Shown: one piece after another, positions 43,798 to 52,735 of the stretch | Layout of the letters: each line of letters opens with the position of its first letter | How positions within the stretch are numbered: position 1 is the stretch's first letter | From: Calditrichota bacterium | GTDB taxonomy: Bacteria > Caldisericota > Caldisericia > UBA6126 | DNA length: 64,000 nt | Direction: 5' to 3' | Assembly: GCA_036725105.1 (NCBI GenBank) | Contig: DAIMET010000004.1 | Coordinates: 7,719 to 71,718, forward strand | Notes under the pieces: model-generated | The model's database searches: none | What the model saw: only the letters and a program-made list of their open reading frames with translations | Told to the model about the DNA's origin: nothing | Translations under genes and position numbers: made by a program

Positions 43798-44224
43798 AAG
43801 CACTATTACCGCGTGTAGTACCAATACATGGCGTACTTTTATATCAAATGTCCAGAATTCTTCTACTTATCCTCGTATGACTTACAATACTGAAATGATA
43901 GGAAATCTAGCTTTATTAGATGCTTTTCACAAATTGAAGGATGATTGGGATGGCAATGATGCTCCCGGTTTTTGTGATAAAGCTGCGCTCATCAAGTTTT
44001 GCAAAGAAGTCATAATCAATTTGGGGTACCAGCAACCAAATATATATCCAACCTCTAGAGGCAGTATTCAACTGGAATATGAAAAAGACAATGGAGAGTA
44101 TTTGGAGTTTGAGATCTTTGAAGAAGAAAGAATCATTGGTTTTCAGATTTGTTCTAATCAAGAAGAAATCAACGTTGAGATAAGATCAATTGAGGAACTA
44201 AAGAAAAAAGTGATGGCATTCTGA
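43778..44224 (+). CDS. Hypothetical protein with WDG..P.I.P..G.IQLE motif (possible antitoxin)
   Basis: DDWDGNDA; QPNIYPTSRGSIQLEYE; overlaps the upstream gene by 20 nt. Confidence 0.6.
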   Translation: MNKVNYKSTITACSTNTWRTFISNVQNSSTYPRMTYNTEMIGNLALLDAFHKLKDDWDGNDAPGFCDKAALIKFCKEVIINLGYQQPNIYPTSRGSIQLEYEKDNGEYLEFEIFEEERIIGFQICSNQEEINVEIRSIEELKKKVMAF

Positions 44225-44231
44225 TTCCATT

Positions 44232-44612
44232 ATGAATTACGACCATGTTGAAGATCATGAACTGCTATACCGTGCTGTTCCGAAATTCCCGAATTATTGG
44301 AATAAAGATAGAAATTCTGTTTCGTCAGCTTTGTTTAAAGATAAAAATGGAGTATCTGTAGATCGAGACGGGAATAGAAAAGAAAAAGTTATCTGTAAAC
44401 AACTCCAAAATAAGATTTCAAATAGCATTGCTGCAATATCTGTTAAAACGAACTCGGTTCGTTCAATTAGTGCTTTAGTATTACCCAAACCGTCTAATGC
44501 AAACCAGTATCATGCTGAAATCCATGACTCAGAAACAAAAATTCTACTTTCCTCTTCAAAAGCTAAGCGTTTAAGTAAAATGGGAAAGCTTATCTGGTTT
44601 ACTGTAAAGTGA
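44232..44612 (+). CDS. Small basic protein with ART-like motif pattern (possible toxin)
   Basis: LLYRAV, SSALFKD, GVSVDR, NQYHAEI. Confidence 0.55.
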   Translation: MNYDHVEDHELLYRAVPKFPNYWNKDRNSVSSALFKDKNGVSVDRDGNRKEKVICKQLQNKISNSIAAISVKTNSVRSISALVLPKPSNANQYHAEIHDSETKILLSSSKAKRLSKMGKLIWFTVK

Positions 44613-44730
44613 AAGTTGGAAGTCTCTGCATTAAAGCCATGAGGAGAAATTGATATTCGAATGCCGTGCTGATGGAATCAGCAAATAACATTCTTGAGTA
44701 TAATTATTGCATGTTTGTAGGTGAAAGTGA

Positions 44731-45636
44731 ATGAGCAATCTTCATCGGATACAGTGGATTGATAAAGAAATTCGAGCACAACGGTATCCAAATTGTCATG
44801 AGATATCTTCTCATTTTGAGATTTCTTATCGACAAGCTTCACGGGACATAGAGTATCTGCGATATTCTTTGCAAGCTCCTATTGCCTATTCACAAGAAAA
44901 TCAGGGATACTATTACGAAGATAGCGCGTTTGTTTTGCCTGCATTGTATTTATCTGACGAAGAAAAAAACCTGTTATCCTTTTTAGCAGAAAAGTATTCA
45001 ACTCTCCACCACCCACAGGGTCACCGCATAGCAGAAATCTTTGATCGACTCATTATTGAAAGAGAAAAGAAAAAAGCCATATCCAAGGGCCCTCCCATTA
45101 TTTCCCTTCCACAATTACAATCGATTCCCTGCTACCATCACATTCGAGAAGCGATCCAGAAAAATGTTAAAATCGAAATCGAATACACCAACAAAAACCA
45201 AGAAAGACGAATTCGATTAGTTCATCTCTACCAGTTTTTAGAAAAATATAACTACTTTTACTTGATTGCATGGTGTGAGTTAAAGAATGCGCTTCGCATT
45301 TTTCGTCTAGATCGAATTCAATCCATGAAAACCACAAGTGACGGTTTTACCAAAGACAATGCCCAGCTCCAGATTTATCTCCATGAAGAGGATCCTCATT
45401 TTCTAGCACTCAAACCCTATACTGCTAACATCAAGATTTCTCAAGAATCAATCCCTAGCAATCCACCGTATGAATGTGTCCAGATTTCTCAAGACATCGT
45501 ACAATTTCAGTTTTATGATTCCGAAAAGTTCATTCAATACTTACTGACTCTTCCATCTTTTCAAGTTCAGTCTCCGAAATGGTTAAAAGAGAAAGTGCGC
45601 GAAAGATTTCATACCTATTGGAAGCTCCATGAATAA
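44731..45636 (+). CDS. HTH + WYL domain transcriptional regulator
   Basis: EISSHFEISYRQASRDIEYLR HTH; YFYLIAWCELKNALRIFRLDRI. Confidence 0.93.
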   Translation: MSNLHRIQWIDKEIRAQRYPNCHEISSHFEISYRQASRDIEYLRYSLQAPIAYSQENQGYYYEDSAFVLPALYLSDEEKNLLSFLAEKYSTLHHPQGHRIAEIFDRLIIEREKKKAISKGPPIISLPQLQSIPCYHHIREAIQKNVKIEIEYTNKNQERRIRLVHLYQFLEKYNYFYLIAWCELKNALRIFRLDRIQSMKTTSDGFTKDNAQLQIYLHEEDPHFLALKPYTANIKISQESIPSNPPYECVQISQDIVQFQFYDSEKFIQYLLTLPSFQVQSPKWLKEKVRERFHTYWKLHE

Positions 45637-45704
45637 TGCTAGGGTATGCAATATGGAAAAGCATAAAACGATTCTAAGATATCCAATGCCTAAGGCAACG
45701 TAAA

Positions 45705-46700
45705 ATGATAGAAACAACAGAAAGAAGGGCTACCATGCAAACAAGAAAAGAGATAGCTGTTGAAATGGGTCCATGCTGGCAAACATATGTATCTTCTGCA
45801 TTTGGAGCTTTACGAGCAGCGCATTATTGGGAGTATGATGCGTCCCTGTTCATGGTTCTTTCAGGAAGAGGATTTCCTCTCATTGTAGAAGAAAGATGTT
45901 GTGCAAGTTCTGTAACGGTATATGAGTGGAATGAAGAACATTTTAGAGCATTGGACCGAATCGGTGTTTTTTCAGAAACAAACACTACAATTCTTCACCC
46001 CCCTGTTCATTCATTGAAAAATCTTCAAGAACATGCCAAGAAAAGGATTATCGAATCATTGCTTCAAGAGAAACCAGTAGTGATTTGGTCGCCAACTTCC
46101 ATTTGTGAATTTGGATTGATCCGTGGGTTTGACCTTGAAGATGGTGTGTATTTTGTGACTTCCATTGATCAAAAGAACCCTGATCCTCTCTTATTTGAAA
46201 ACCTTGGATTTGCCTCTGGCGTGAATATTTTACACTATCAAATACTCCATAGTGTTCAATCCATCCCAATGGAAACAATGCTTCAGTCTAGCTTGGAGTA
46301 TGCACAAAAATCCTGGAATCAAGAGTGTAGTTCTCATCCTCGCTATAGAAAAGGAGAAAGGGGATATGATACGTGGATAAAAGCTTTAAAAACCAGTCAA
46401 TTTGATTCCTTTGGCGTGCGATATCTTCTTGCTGTTTATGGTGACAATCGTTTGCATCTTGCATCTGGTTTCCGGCAACTCCAAGATTTTTTTCCAAAAA
46501 GAAAGACACTGAAAAATATTGCTGATTTGTACCAACAAGTAGCAGATCTATTTGCAAAGATGAGAGAGATCGCTCCATTCAGTCCTCCATCAATACCTTC
46601 TGCTCTACTTTCATCTGAAGCAATCCAGCAACTTCACACTGCACTAGAAGAATGTAAAATCCTTGAATCCAAAGCCATGCAAATCATTTCCATCCAGTAA
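45705..46700 (+). CDS. BtrH-N/peptidase C39-like hypothetical protein (start may be 45735)
   Basis: CWQTY..; IIESLLQEKPVVIW..EFGLIRGFD; G..GYD.W. Confidence 0.5.
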   Translation: MIETTERRATMQTRKEIAVEMGPCWQTYVSSAFGALRAAHYWEYDASLFMVLSGRGFPLIVEERCCASSVTVYEWNEEHFRALDRIGVFSETNTTILHPPVHSLKNLQEHAKKRIIESLLQEKPVVIWSPTSICEFGLIRGFDLEDGVYFVTSIDQKNPDPLLFENLGFASGVNILHYQILHSVQSIPMETMLQSSLEYAQKSWNQECSSHPRYRKGERGYDTWIKALKTSQFDSFGVRYLLAVYGDNRLHLASGFRQLQDFFPKRKTLKNIADLYQQVADLFAKMREIAPFSPPSIPSALLSSEAIQQLHTALEECKILESKAMQIISIQ

Positions 46701-47220
46701 CACCTCGGATGCAACCTAAATCTTTATTCTTTTTTAAAACAAACAACGCATAATGAGATGAACATAATCGCTGTTAAAACTAAGCAGAGATATCTCCACC
46801 ACGTCTCCGGTAATACATTGAGAGTATGAAGGAGTTTCCCTAAACCAACAAGCGAAATGCTAATACAAGCGATTTTGAAATTAGATACCCGTGCATAGTG
46901 CAAAAAAACCAATCCAAAACCAATGAAGAAGAACGATAAAAACAAACTCCAAAAATCAATATTGTTCACGATAACTTTCCTTTCTTTTTGTTATTCGCTG
47001 TTTTTTACTACAGATCAAAACCAAGAGTAGATCATTCATTTCGACCGATAAACTCACAAAATACAGCCAGTATGAGTTTTTCTGCTAAACAATATTCATC
47101 ATATTATATCCATATTCTAATATACTGATGATGAAACGCAAGGAATTTGAATAGATTTTGACAACAATAAGTTTTGCTTCATACATGTAAAAAAATATTC
47201 CCACCCAGTAACACCTCGGA
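46694..47220. repeat. 16-bp direct repeat CCAGTAACACCTCGGA (46694-46709 and 47205-47220)
   Basis: Exact copies flanking a ~495-bp segment that carries a small minus-strand gene. Confidence 0.85.
46724..46969 (-). CDS. Small 3-TM membrane protein
   Basis: 81 aa hydrophobic ORF; GAAAGGAAAG RBS-like sequence upstream. Confidence 0.6.
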   Translation of the reverse strand: MNNIDFWSLFLSFFFIGFGLVFLHYARVSNFKIACISISLVGLGKLLHTLNVLPETWWRYLCLVLTAIMFISLCVVCFKKE

Positions 47221-47275
47221 CATTATATGTCATAGCTACCGGGTACACTGGTAAAAAAACCTTTGGAGGTAAAAG

Positions 47276-47767
47276 ATGAATCCAAAAATTGTTACAAAAG
47301 ATCCAGTTCATGTTGTAGGCATTGAGTATGTTGGTGAAAACAAGAATGATGAAATCAAAGAGATGTGGGGAAAGTTTAATTCGATCATGAAAACTATTCC
47401 CAACCAACAGATTCCCATGAAAGCGTGCTATGGAGTTTGCTATATGCTACCGGAGGATTCAAATCCTAACATCTTCCACTATATTGCAGGTGTACAAACA
47501 ACCTCCCTTGACAATATTCCCGATGGAATGAAGGGTGTTACCATCCCTGCAGGAAAATATGCGGTTTTCACACATAAAGGCAAACTGGATACGTTGCATC
47601 AAACGTATGATGACATTTTTCAAAAACGGATGCCAGAAATGAAACTGGTTCCTCGAAGTCTGCCTGATATCCCCTTCCAAAATCTTGATTACGAATACTA
47701 CGATGAACGTTTCATGATTGACGACGACAATTCTGAATTTGATATCTGCATTGCCATCAAGGAGTAG
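47276..47767 (+). CDS. GyrI-like small-molecule-binding protein
   Basis: VVGIEY..EIKEMWGKF..YGVC..YIAGV..IPAGKYAVFTHKG..Y..I..DYEYYDERF. Confidence 0.92.
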   Translation: MNPKIVTKDPVHVVGIEYVGENKNDEIKEMWGKFNSIMKTIPNQQIPMKACYGVCYMLPEDSNPNIFHYIAGVQTTSLDNIPDGMKGVTIPAGKYAVFTHKGKLDTLHQTYDDIFQKRMPEMKLVPRSLPDIPFQNLDYEYYDERFMIDDDNSEFDICIAIKE

Positions 47768-47776
47768 TCTAGCAAG

Positions 47777-47821
47777 ATCCCAGCCCTATGTAAGAGATTT
47801 TTACATAGGTCTGGGATTTTC
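47777..47821 (+). terminator. Intrinsic terminator after the GyrI gene
   Basis: 17-bp stem ATCCCAGCCCTATGTAA / TTACATAGGTCTGGGAT (one mismatch) followed by Ts. Confidence 0.8.
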
Positions 47822-47852
47822 AAACGTATTTTAGTTCTGCTTCATGAAAATT

Positions 47853-47973
47853 TTCCACAACAGAGCTTTTTCTTTTACAATGAAAACCTAAACTGTTTCA
47901 TGAAGGAGAGTTGCTTAAACTTCCGTGGTAGCAATATTACTAAACTCGTTGAAGAATTTGAAAAACTCGATAT
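47853..47973 (+). pseudogene. Internally deleted remnant of the VOC gene and its leader
   Basis: 47853-47911 matches 50750-50808 and 47912-47973 matches 50986-51047, each with a few substitutions. Confidence 0.85.
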
Positions 47974-47988
47974 CATTAAAGCGGATGA

Positions 47989-49500
47989 CTAATCAGGAGG
48001 ATTATAGCCGTCCCTTACTGCCTGCTCTATGCCAGATAGTTCTTCATCGGTCAGGAAGTCAAAGTGAGTGGCTCGTTTCTTTGCAGAAAGCCTGCCATTG
48101 TTCTGCAGGCACAACTGAATGAACAAGTCGATTAGGCGGTCGGGCATATCAATGATGTCCTGTATTGCCTTTTTGGTATTGTCGTAATTGACCAGAAAGC
48201 TAAGTTCTTCCAAAAGCTCTTCTTCGATCGTTTTGGTTACAAACTCGTACAAGGCTTCTGACTGAGTGGTCATATCCATATATCGATACCAGCATGAGGT
48301 ATCGTTCTCGACGGTCATTTGACCCATTTCATCCAACCGATAATCGATGAGTTGCAACAATGGTCGAGAGAAAGCTTCCAGCGATGCATCGTAGTCCGCT
48401 GGATTTTTTAGCATGACAGCCGAAACCGGGAACATCAAACCAGGTGGCACAAATTCCTGCAACGACAGAATGTTGTGTATCAAAAATCGATGGATTCGTC
48501 CATTCCCATCCTCAAACGGATGCAGGAACACAAATCCATAGGCGATGATCGCTGCATGAATGACCGGAGATACATTTCCAACTTTTATACGCTTATGGGT
48601 ATCGATTAATCCCTCCATGAGGCTTTTCAGGTCATCAGGTTTTGGACAAATGAAATGTATAACCTCTTTTTGATAGGCAACCGTCTGGCCAACATAATTC
48701 TGACTCACCCGATAGTCACTGTCTTTGAAACGCGGATCGACGATGCGGTTTTGAAGTTCTATCAGCCTTTCCTTTTCACAGAAGTCTTCCTTTTCGGCAA
48801 GTTCCAGCGATGCGATAAATTTTTCAGTTCGTGAAGTGTTAGGCTTAATGTGCTCAATTTCAAAAGATGACTTTGTTTCCTTATTGTAAAGGTAACTCAG
48901 AGCACGGCGAAGCAGTTCCGGTGAATATGCAGTGACAATATCCTCACACCTTTTACGCAAGTCGGATGAATCCAGTTTGACAAGTTTTTTGGTTCTTCGC
49001 ACGACAGGACAAAACGATTTGGGACCAAGGAGATTGTTTACAATACGGTGACGTGAAGATTTTTCTCCGTTCTGAACGGTGTAATAATCTTTAGCCTCCA
49101 ATGCATCGACATAATTGCCAGAAGTCAGGTTATCAACAGGCAGTTGCTTTCCGGTCAGAAACTCATAGAAGAACCAGATTCTTCGAGTGTACTTCCCGGT
49201 AGGTTTGGATTTGATATACTCGGTGAGTTCATCTTGAGAAGCTTTTTCGAAGATGCGAGACAGCAAGCCCAGATTGACCCCATCATATTTCAGCAGGAAT
49301 TCAAGATGGTCTCCGATCTTTTCCCCGGGCCAGTACCTTATAGGGTAAATGTCCTCTATTCTTCCACCTTGAACCTTCGATCTGTGAGTTCCTGATGAGG
49401 ACACAAACGAGGTATGCCAATGGGGAATGCCTGTCGGCTCCATCATATCAAGAAGATACGCATAACCTGCTGGGCGAGATTCCAAAACTTTTATATCCAT
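47989..49500 (-). CDS. Fic family protein
   Basis: Canonical HPFEDGNGRIHR motif; 503 aa; visibly more GC-rich than its neighbours. Confidence 0.95.
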   Translation of the reverse strand: MDIKVLESRPAGYAYLLDMMEPTGIPHWHTSFVSSSGTHRSKVQGGRIEDIYPIRYWPGEKIGDHLEFLLKYDGVNLGLLSRIFEKASQDELTEYIKSKPTGKYTRRIWFFYEFLTGKQLPVDNLTSGNYVDALEAKDYYTVQNGEKSSRHRIVNNLLGPKSFCPVVRRTKKLVKLDSSDLRKRCEDIVTAYSPELLRRALSYLYNKETKSSFEIEHIKPNTSRTEKFIASLELAEKEDFCEKERLIELQNRIVDPRFKDSDYRVSQNYVGQTVAYQKEVIHFICPKPDDLKSLMEGLIDTHKRIKVGNVSPVIHAAIIAYGFVFLHPFEDGNGRIHRFLIHNILSLQEFVPPGLMFPVSAVMLKNPADYDASLEAFSRPLLQLIDYRLDEMGQMTVENDTSCWYRYMDMTTQSEALYEFVTKTIEEELLEELSFLVNYDNTKKAIQDIIDMPDRLIDLFIQLCLQNNGRLSAKKRATHFDFLTDEELSGIEQAVRDGYNPPD

Positions 49501-49908
49501 GCGAACTCCTCATAAAACTATTATTCTACTGGTAATATAGTTAGAATAGGCAATTTGTCAATATAATAATTATATATCGGCCTCTAACTAGTAAAAATAT
49601 TACAGACAAGCAACCAACGTTTAGAATGGCATCTGGCTGGCGAAACTGTTATATAGCTGATAAAATGATTATTTATTGACGGTTGGCTGGTAAAAACATT
49701 ACAAAGAGCGTGGTGTAAAAAGACCTTTCTACAATGTAGAATGTCCGAAAAGCACTTTCTGCAGAGCAACTTATTGATACCTATATTGGTACAAGACGGA
49801 CATTATATGTCATAGCTACGGGGTACACTGGTAAAAAAACCTTTGGAGGTAAAAGATGAATCCAAAAATTGTTACAAAAGATCCAGTTCATGTTGTTGGT
49901 GGACTTTT

Positions 49909-50637
49909 TTACTTTACAGACTTAAGAAGAAATGAATAATCCGCTTTGATGTACCCCAATATGTGATCTGTGATTAACTGATGTCCTTTGGAATTGGGAT
50001 GAATTCCATCAACACACATATAGTCTTCGAAGTTTTTCTGATCCAAAAATGCTTTCCGTATATCAATCCATCGAATGTTTGCTTCACGTGCTATCGTGAT
50101 AATGGCATCATTATACATCGATTGCCATCGAGATATCTGTTCTACATCTCCAAGCCAAGATAGAATACGATTCATTTTTCTAGAATCACTGTTGCCTACC
50201 CATTTTAAATATCTTGTAGATACTAATGGTGGAAGAGAGAGAAAGACCGGGAAAATATTCCATAATTTTAATTGTTCCAATGCTTCTAGTAAATGTTCTT
50301 TAAAGGTGCTCAAATTCGTATTTGGTACATGTTTATCAAAAGGTTTTTCTGCTACCTCATCCCATTGAAAATCACAGTCGTTTCCTCCAAACTCTAGAAC
50401 CACTATATTGGGTTTTCTTTTTTCAATATCTTTTGAGAGATTTCGTAACCCTCGAATCAAAGTATTGCCAAAAGAAGATGCATTATAGAAAGCACAATTG
50501 AAGGTTTGTGAAAGAGAAGATGCAAAGCTTTGTTTTGTAACAACATACTTTTTCTTTTCTTCATCATAAATGACACCGCGAGAAATAGAATCGCCATAAA
50601 GTATTATGCTGTATGAATCACAACTCGGTTTCATCAT
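49909..50637 (-). CDS. SGNH/GDSL hydrolase
   Basis: GGAGGT RBS then ATG 50637; YGDSISRG, GGND, DGIHPN. Confidence 0.93.
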   Translation of the reverse strand: MMKPSCDSYSIILYGDSISRGVIYDEEKKKYVVTKQSFASSLSQTFNCAFYNASSFGNTLIRGLRNLSKDIEKRKPNIVVLEFGGNDCDFQWDEVAEKPFDKHVPNTNLSTFKEHLLEALEQLKLWNIFPVFLSLPPLVSTRYLKWVGNSDSRKMNRILSWLGDVEQISRWQSMYNDAIITIAREANIRWIDIRKAFLDQKNFEDYMCVDGIHPNSKGHQLITDHILGYIKADYSFLLKSVK

Positions 50638-50811
50638 ACCTCCATGAAATTCATAGAATACCCCCATTATAGTCGATAAATTCAAAATAGAAAAAGTAAA
50701 CTTTTCACTATGGAGATCCCTTGCATAAGAAAAGCATACTACATTAGACTTCCACAACAGAACTTTTTCTTTTACAATAAAAACCTAAACTGTTTCATGA
50801 AGGAGAGTGTA

Positions 50812-51174
50812 ATGAACATCGGGCATTTGGAAATTTGTTTAAACGTAAAGGATTTACGCAGATCATTGGATTTTTATCACAAACTTGGATACGAAGATGT
50901 AAGTGTTTTTCTGAAAGATAAATGGGCAATCCTTCGATACAGAGAGAACATATTAGGACTGTACGAAGGGCACATTCAGGAAAATTGTTTAAACTTCCGT
51001 GGTGGCAATATTACAAAACTCGTTGAAGAATTTGAGAAACTTGATATTCCATTTGAAAGTGTACCAGTATTCAATGATGACGGGTCAGGAAGTGCATTTC
51101 TACGGGATCCCGATGGGAATCTACTTTTTTTTGATACTTCACCAGAAGAACTGGAAGAATTGGATGAAGACTAA
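50812..51174 (+). CDS. VOC/glyoxalase family protein
   Basis: GGAG RBS then ATG 50812; LNVKDLRRSLDFYHKLG; FLRDPDGNL. Confidence 0.92.
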   Translation: MNIGHLEICLNVKDLRRSLDFYHKLGYEDVSVFLKDKWAILRYRENILGLYEGHIQENCLNFRGGNITKLVEEFEKLDIPFESVPVFNDDGSGSAFLRDPDGNLLFFDTSPEELEELDED

Positions 51175-51185
51175 AGAGCAAATAT

Positions 51186-51602
51186 TTATTGCAATGCTAG
51201 CATATCCGATGCAAACTGAATGATGTCATCGAGTTTTTTTTCTTCAATCAGGTTTTTTACTAAACCAATGTTCAACTTTTCGTAGGTGTGAACTAGGATA
51301 TTCCGAAATCCAACCATATTGCATAAATTATTACAAGTCGCTTCATCAATAAAAGAAGCTTCCTTTAACAATTGAAAACTATCTTTACTAGAAGAAGGAA
51401 GTCCGATTTTTTTTTCTTTAATGATGATATTGGCGATATCAATACACAAATCACAAACTCTTTGCATATTGATGGCAATTGCATCCTGAATTAAATAGTT
51501 TTGTTCAAAAGGAAGGGGAGATGGTTGATGGAAGTAGAAATAGATTTGTTTTACACACCGTTCAAGACGGGATTTTTTTGCAAGAATCAATTCATTGACC
51601 AT
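51186..51602 (-). CDS. hepT: HepT-like HEPN toxin (DUF86)
   Basis: GFRNILVHTY (RX4HXY motif); downstream of the MNT gene. Confidence 0.88.
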   Translation of the reverse strand: MVNELILAKKSRLERCVKQIYFYFHQPSPLPFEQNYLIQDAIAINMQRVCDLCIDIANIIIKEKKIGLPSSSKDSFQLLKEASFIDEATCNNLCNMVGFRNILVHTYEKLNIGLVKNLIEEKKLDDIIQFASDMLALQ

Positions 51603-52017
51603 AGAATCTTCCTTTCTCTAAACCGTCTTGTACAATTTCTTTCCGTTCTTCCAAAAACAATTGGTATCTTCTCATAATAAAGACTTCGTATTCATCCACT
51701 TTGAACCCATTATCGCAATAAATCCGTTTTCCTTTGTACACAATTTCTTTTTGCAAAATGGTTCCAGCATCTCTTAAACTGACTAAATCAACAGTTTTAT
51801 GGAGTGTATGAGAAAGGTCTGATATCAAGTTTACGAAGCGTGATGTGTCGGTTTTAAAGGAATGATGGAAAAGAATAGCAATGTCAATATCGCTATCTTC
51901 TCTTTCATATGGCGTACCAAAGGATCCAAATAAATAAATAGCGTGTAAATTTGGATAGGAAGCTAGACAAATCTCCACTATGGTTTTTTCAATTGGAGCT
52001 GTATCTTGTTTTTTCAT
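51592..52017 (-). CDS. mntA: MntA-like minimal nucleotidyltransferase antitoxin
   Basis: YLFGSFG..REDSDIDIAI..VDLV. Confidence 0.9.
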   Translation of the reverse strand: MKKQDTAPIEKTIVEICLASYPNLHAIYLFGSFGTPYEREDSDIDIAILFHHSFKTDTSRFVNLISDLSHTLHKTVDLVSLRDAGTILQKEIVYKGKRIYCDNGFKVDEYEVFIMRRYQLFLEERKEIVQDGLEKGRFYGQ

Positions 52018-52049
52018 ATCCCAAGTATAATACCTTCTGTATTTGAAAT

Positions 52050-52367
52050 CTAGCGAATAAGCCACCCATAATCTTGACGGCAATCAAGGATATAATCAAC
52101 ATATATTGCTTGATCTTTGACCTGATACAGTACTAAGTACCACTTTCGTACAAAAAGCTTATGGTATTTGTTAGGTGAGAAACAACTTGTGTTAAGAAAT
52201 GGGAATCGATGGGGCATTTCATACAAAGAACGTATTGCCTCCATAATCTCGTTTTTCGTTTTCTTCGCAGCTTCAATATTCTCTTTGGCTATAAACTGTA
52301 TATGTTGCATCAACATCTTGCTAGCTTTGTCCGAGACAACCACCCTATACTTACTTGTTTGATTCAT
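52050..52367 (-). CDS. RelE/ParE family toxin
   Basis: YRVVVSDKASKML..EIMEAIRSLYEMPHRFP..YHKLFV..YLVLYQV. Confidence 0.88.
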   Translation of the reverse strand: MNQTSKYRVVVSDKASKMLMQHIQFIAKENIEAAKKTKNEIMEAIRSLYEMPHRFPFLNTSCFSPNKYHKLFVRKWYLVLYQVKDQAIYVDYILDCRQDYGWLIR

Positions 52368-52635
52368 TAGCTTCTTCATTAATGATCTGATCAAGACGAC
52401 GATCTAATTCCTCTAGATCCATTCCCGTAAGACCTGACAATCGATCTTCTTCGACCGATAATAGCTTTTCTCTAAGCTGGAGCATTTTCTCGCGACGGAC
52501 AAATGCATCAATATCCATTACGACAAGGTCTCCTTCACCATTTTTTGTTAGGTACACGGGTTCGCCAGAAGATTTACACAATTCAGCGATCTTGTTATAG
52601 TTCTGACGGATGCTTGCAGATGCTCTTATATACAT
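52351..52635 (-). CDS. Phd/YefM family antitoxin
   Basis: IRQNYNKIAELC..EPVYLTKNGEGDLVVMDI. Confidence 0.92.
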   Translation of the reverse strand: MYIRASASIRQNYNKIAELCKSSGEPVYLTKNGEGDLVVMDIDAFVRREKMLQLREKLLSVEEDRLSGLTGMDLEELDRRLDQIINEEANESNK

Positions 52636-52735
52636 AGTATTTACTCCTTATAGCAATATACTACCCATATTATATCCATAAACTGCTACATATTCAATAC
52701 ATCATGAAGTATTCTTCAGGGGTGCTGGAAGAGAG

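Larger units (their letters stand above)
47217..49896. repeat. 100-bp direct repeat (47217-47316 and 49797-49896, one mismatch)
   Basis: Both copies hold the GACATTATATGTC palindrome, GGAGGT RBS and the first 14 codons of the GyrI gene. Confidence 0.95.

Noticed and set aside
49501-49796. Possible gene fragment between Fic and the duplicated leader (61-aa ORF 49584-49769)
   Set aside because: No RBS or recognisable motif; stops in the other frames
47100-52680. 15-bp sequence CATATTATATCCATA shared at 47100-47114 and 52666-52680
   Set aside because: AT-rich and contains a minus-strand TATAAT; both copies lie upstream of minus-strand genes, so promoter similarity explains it
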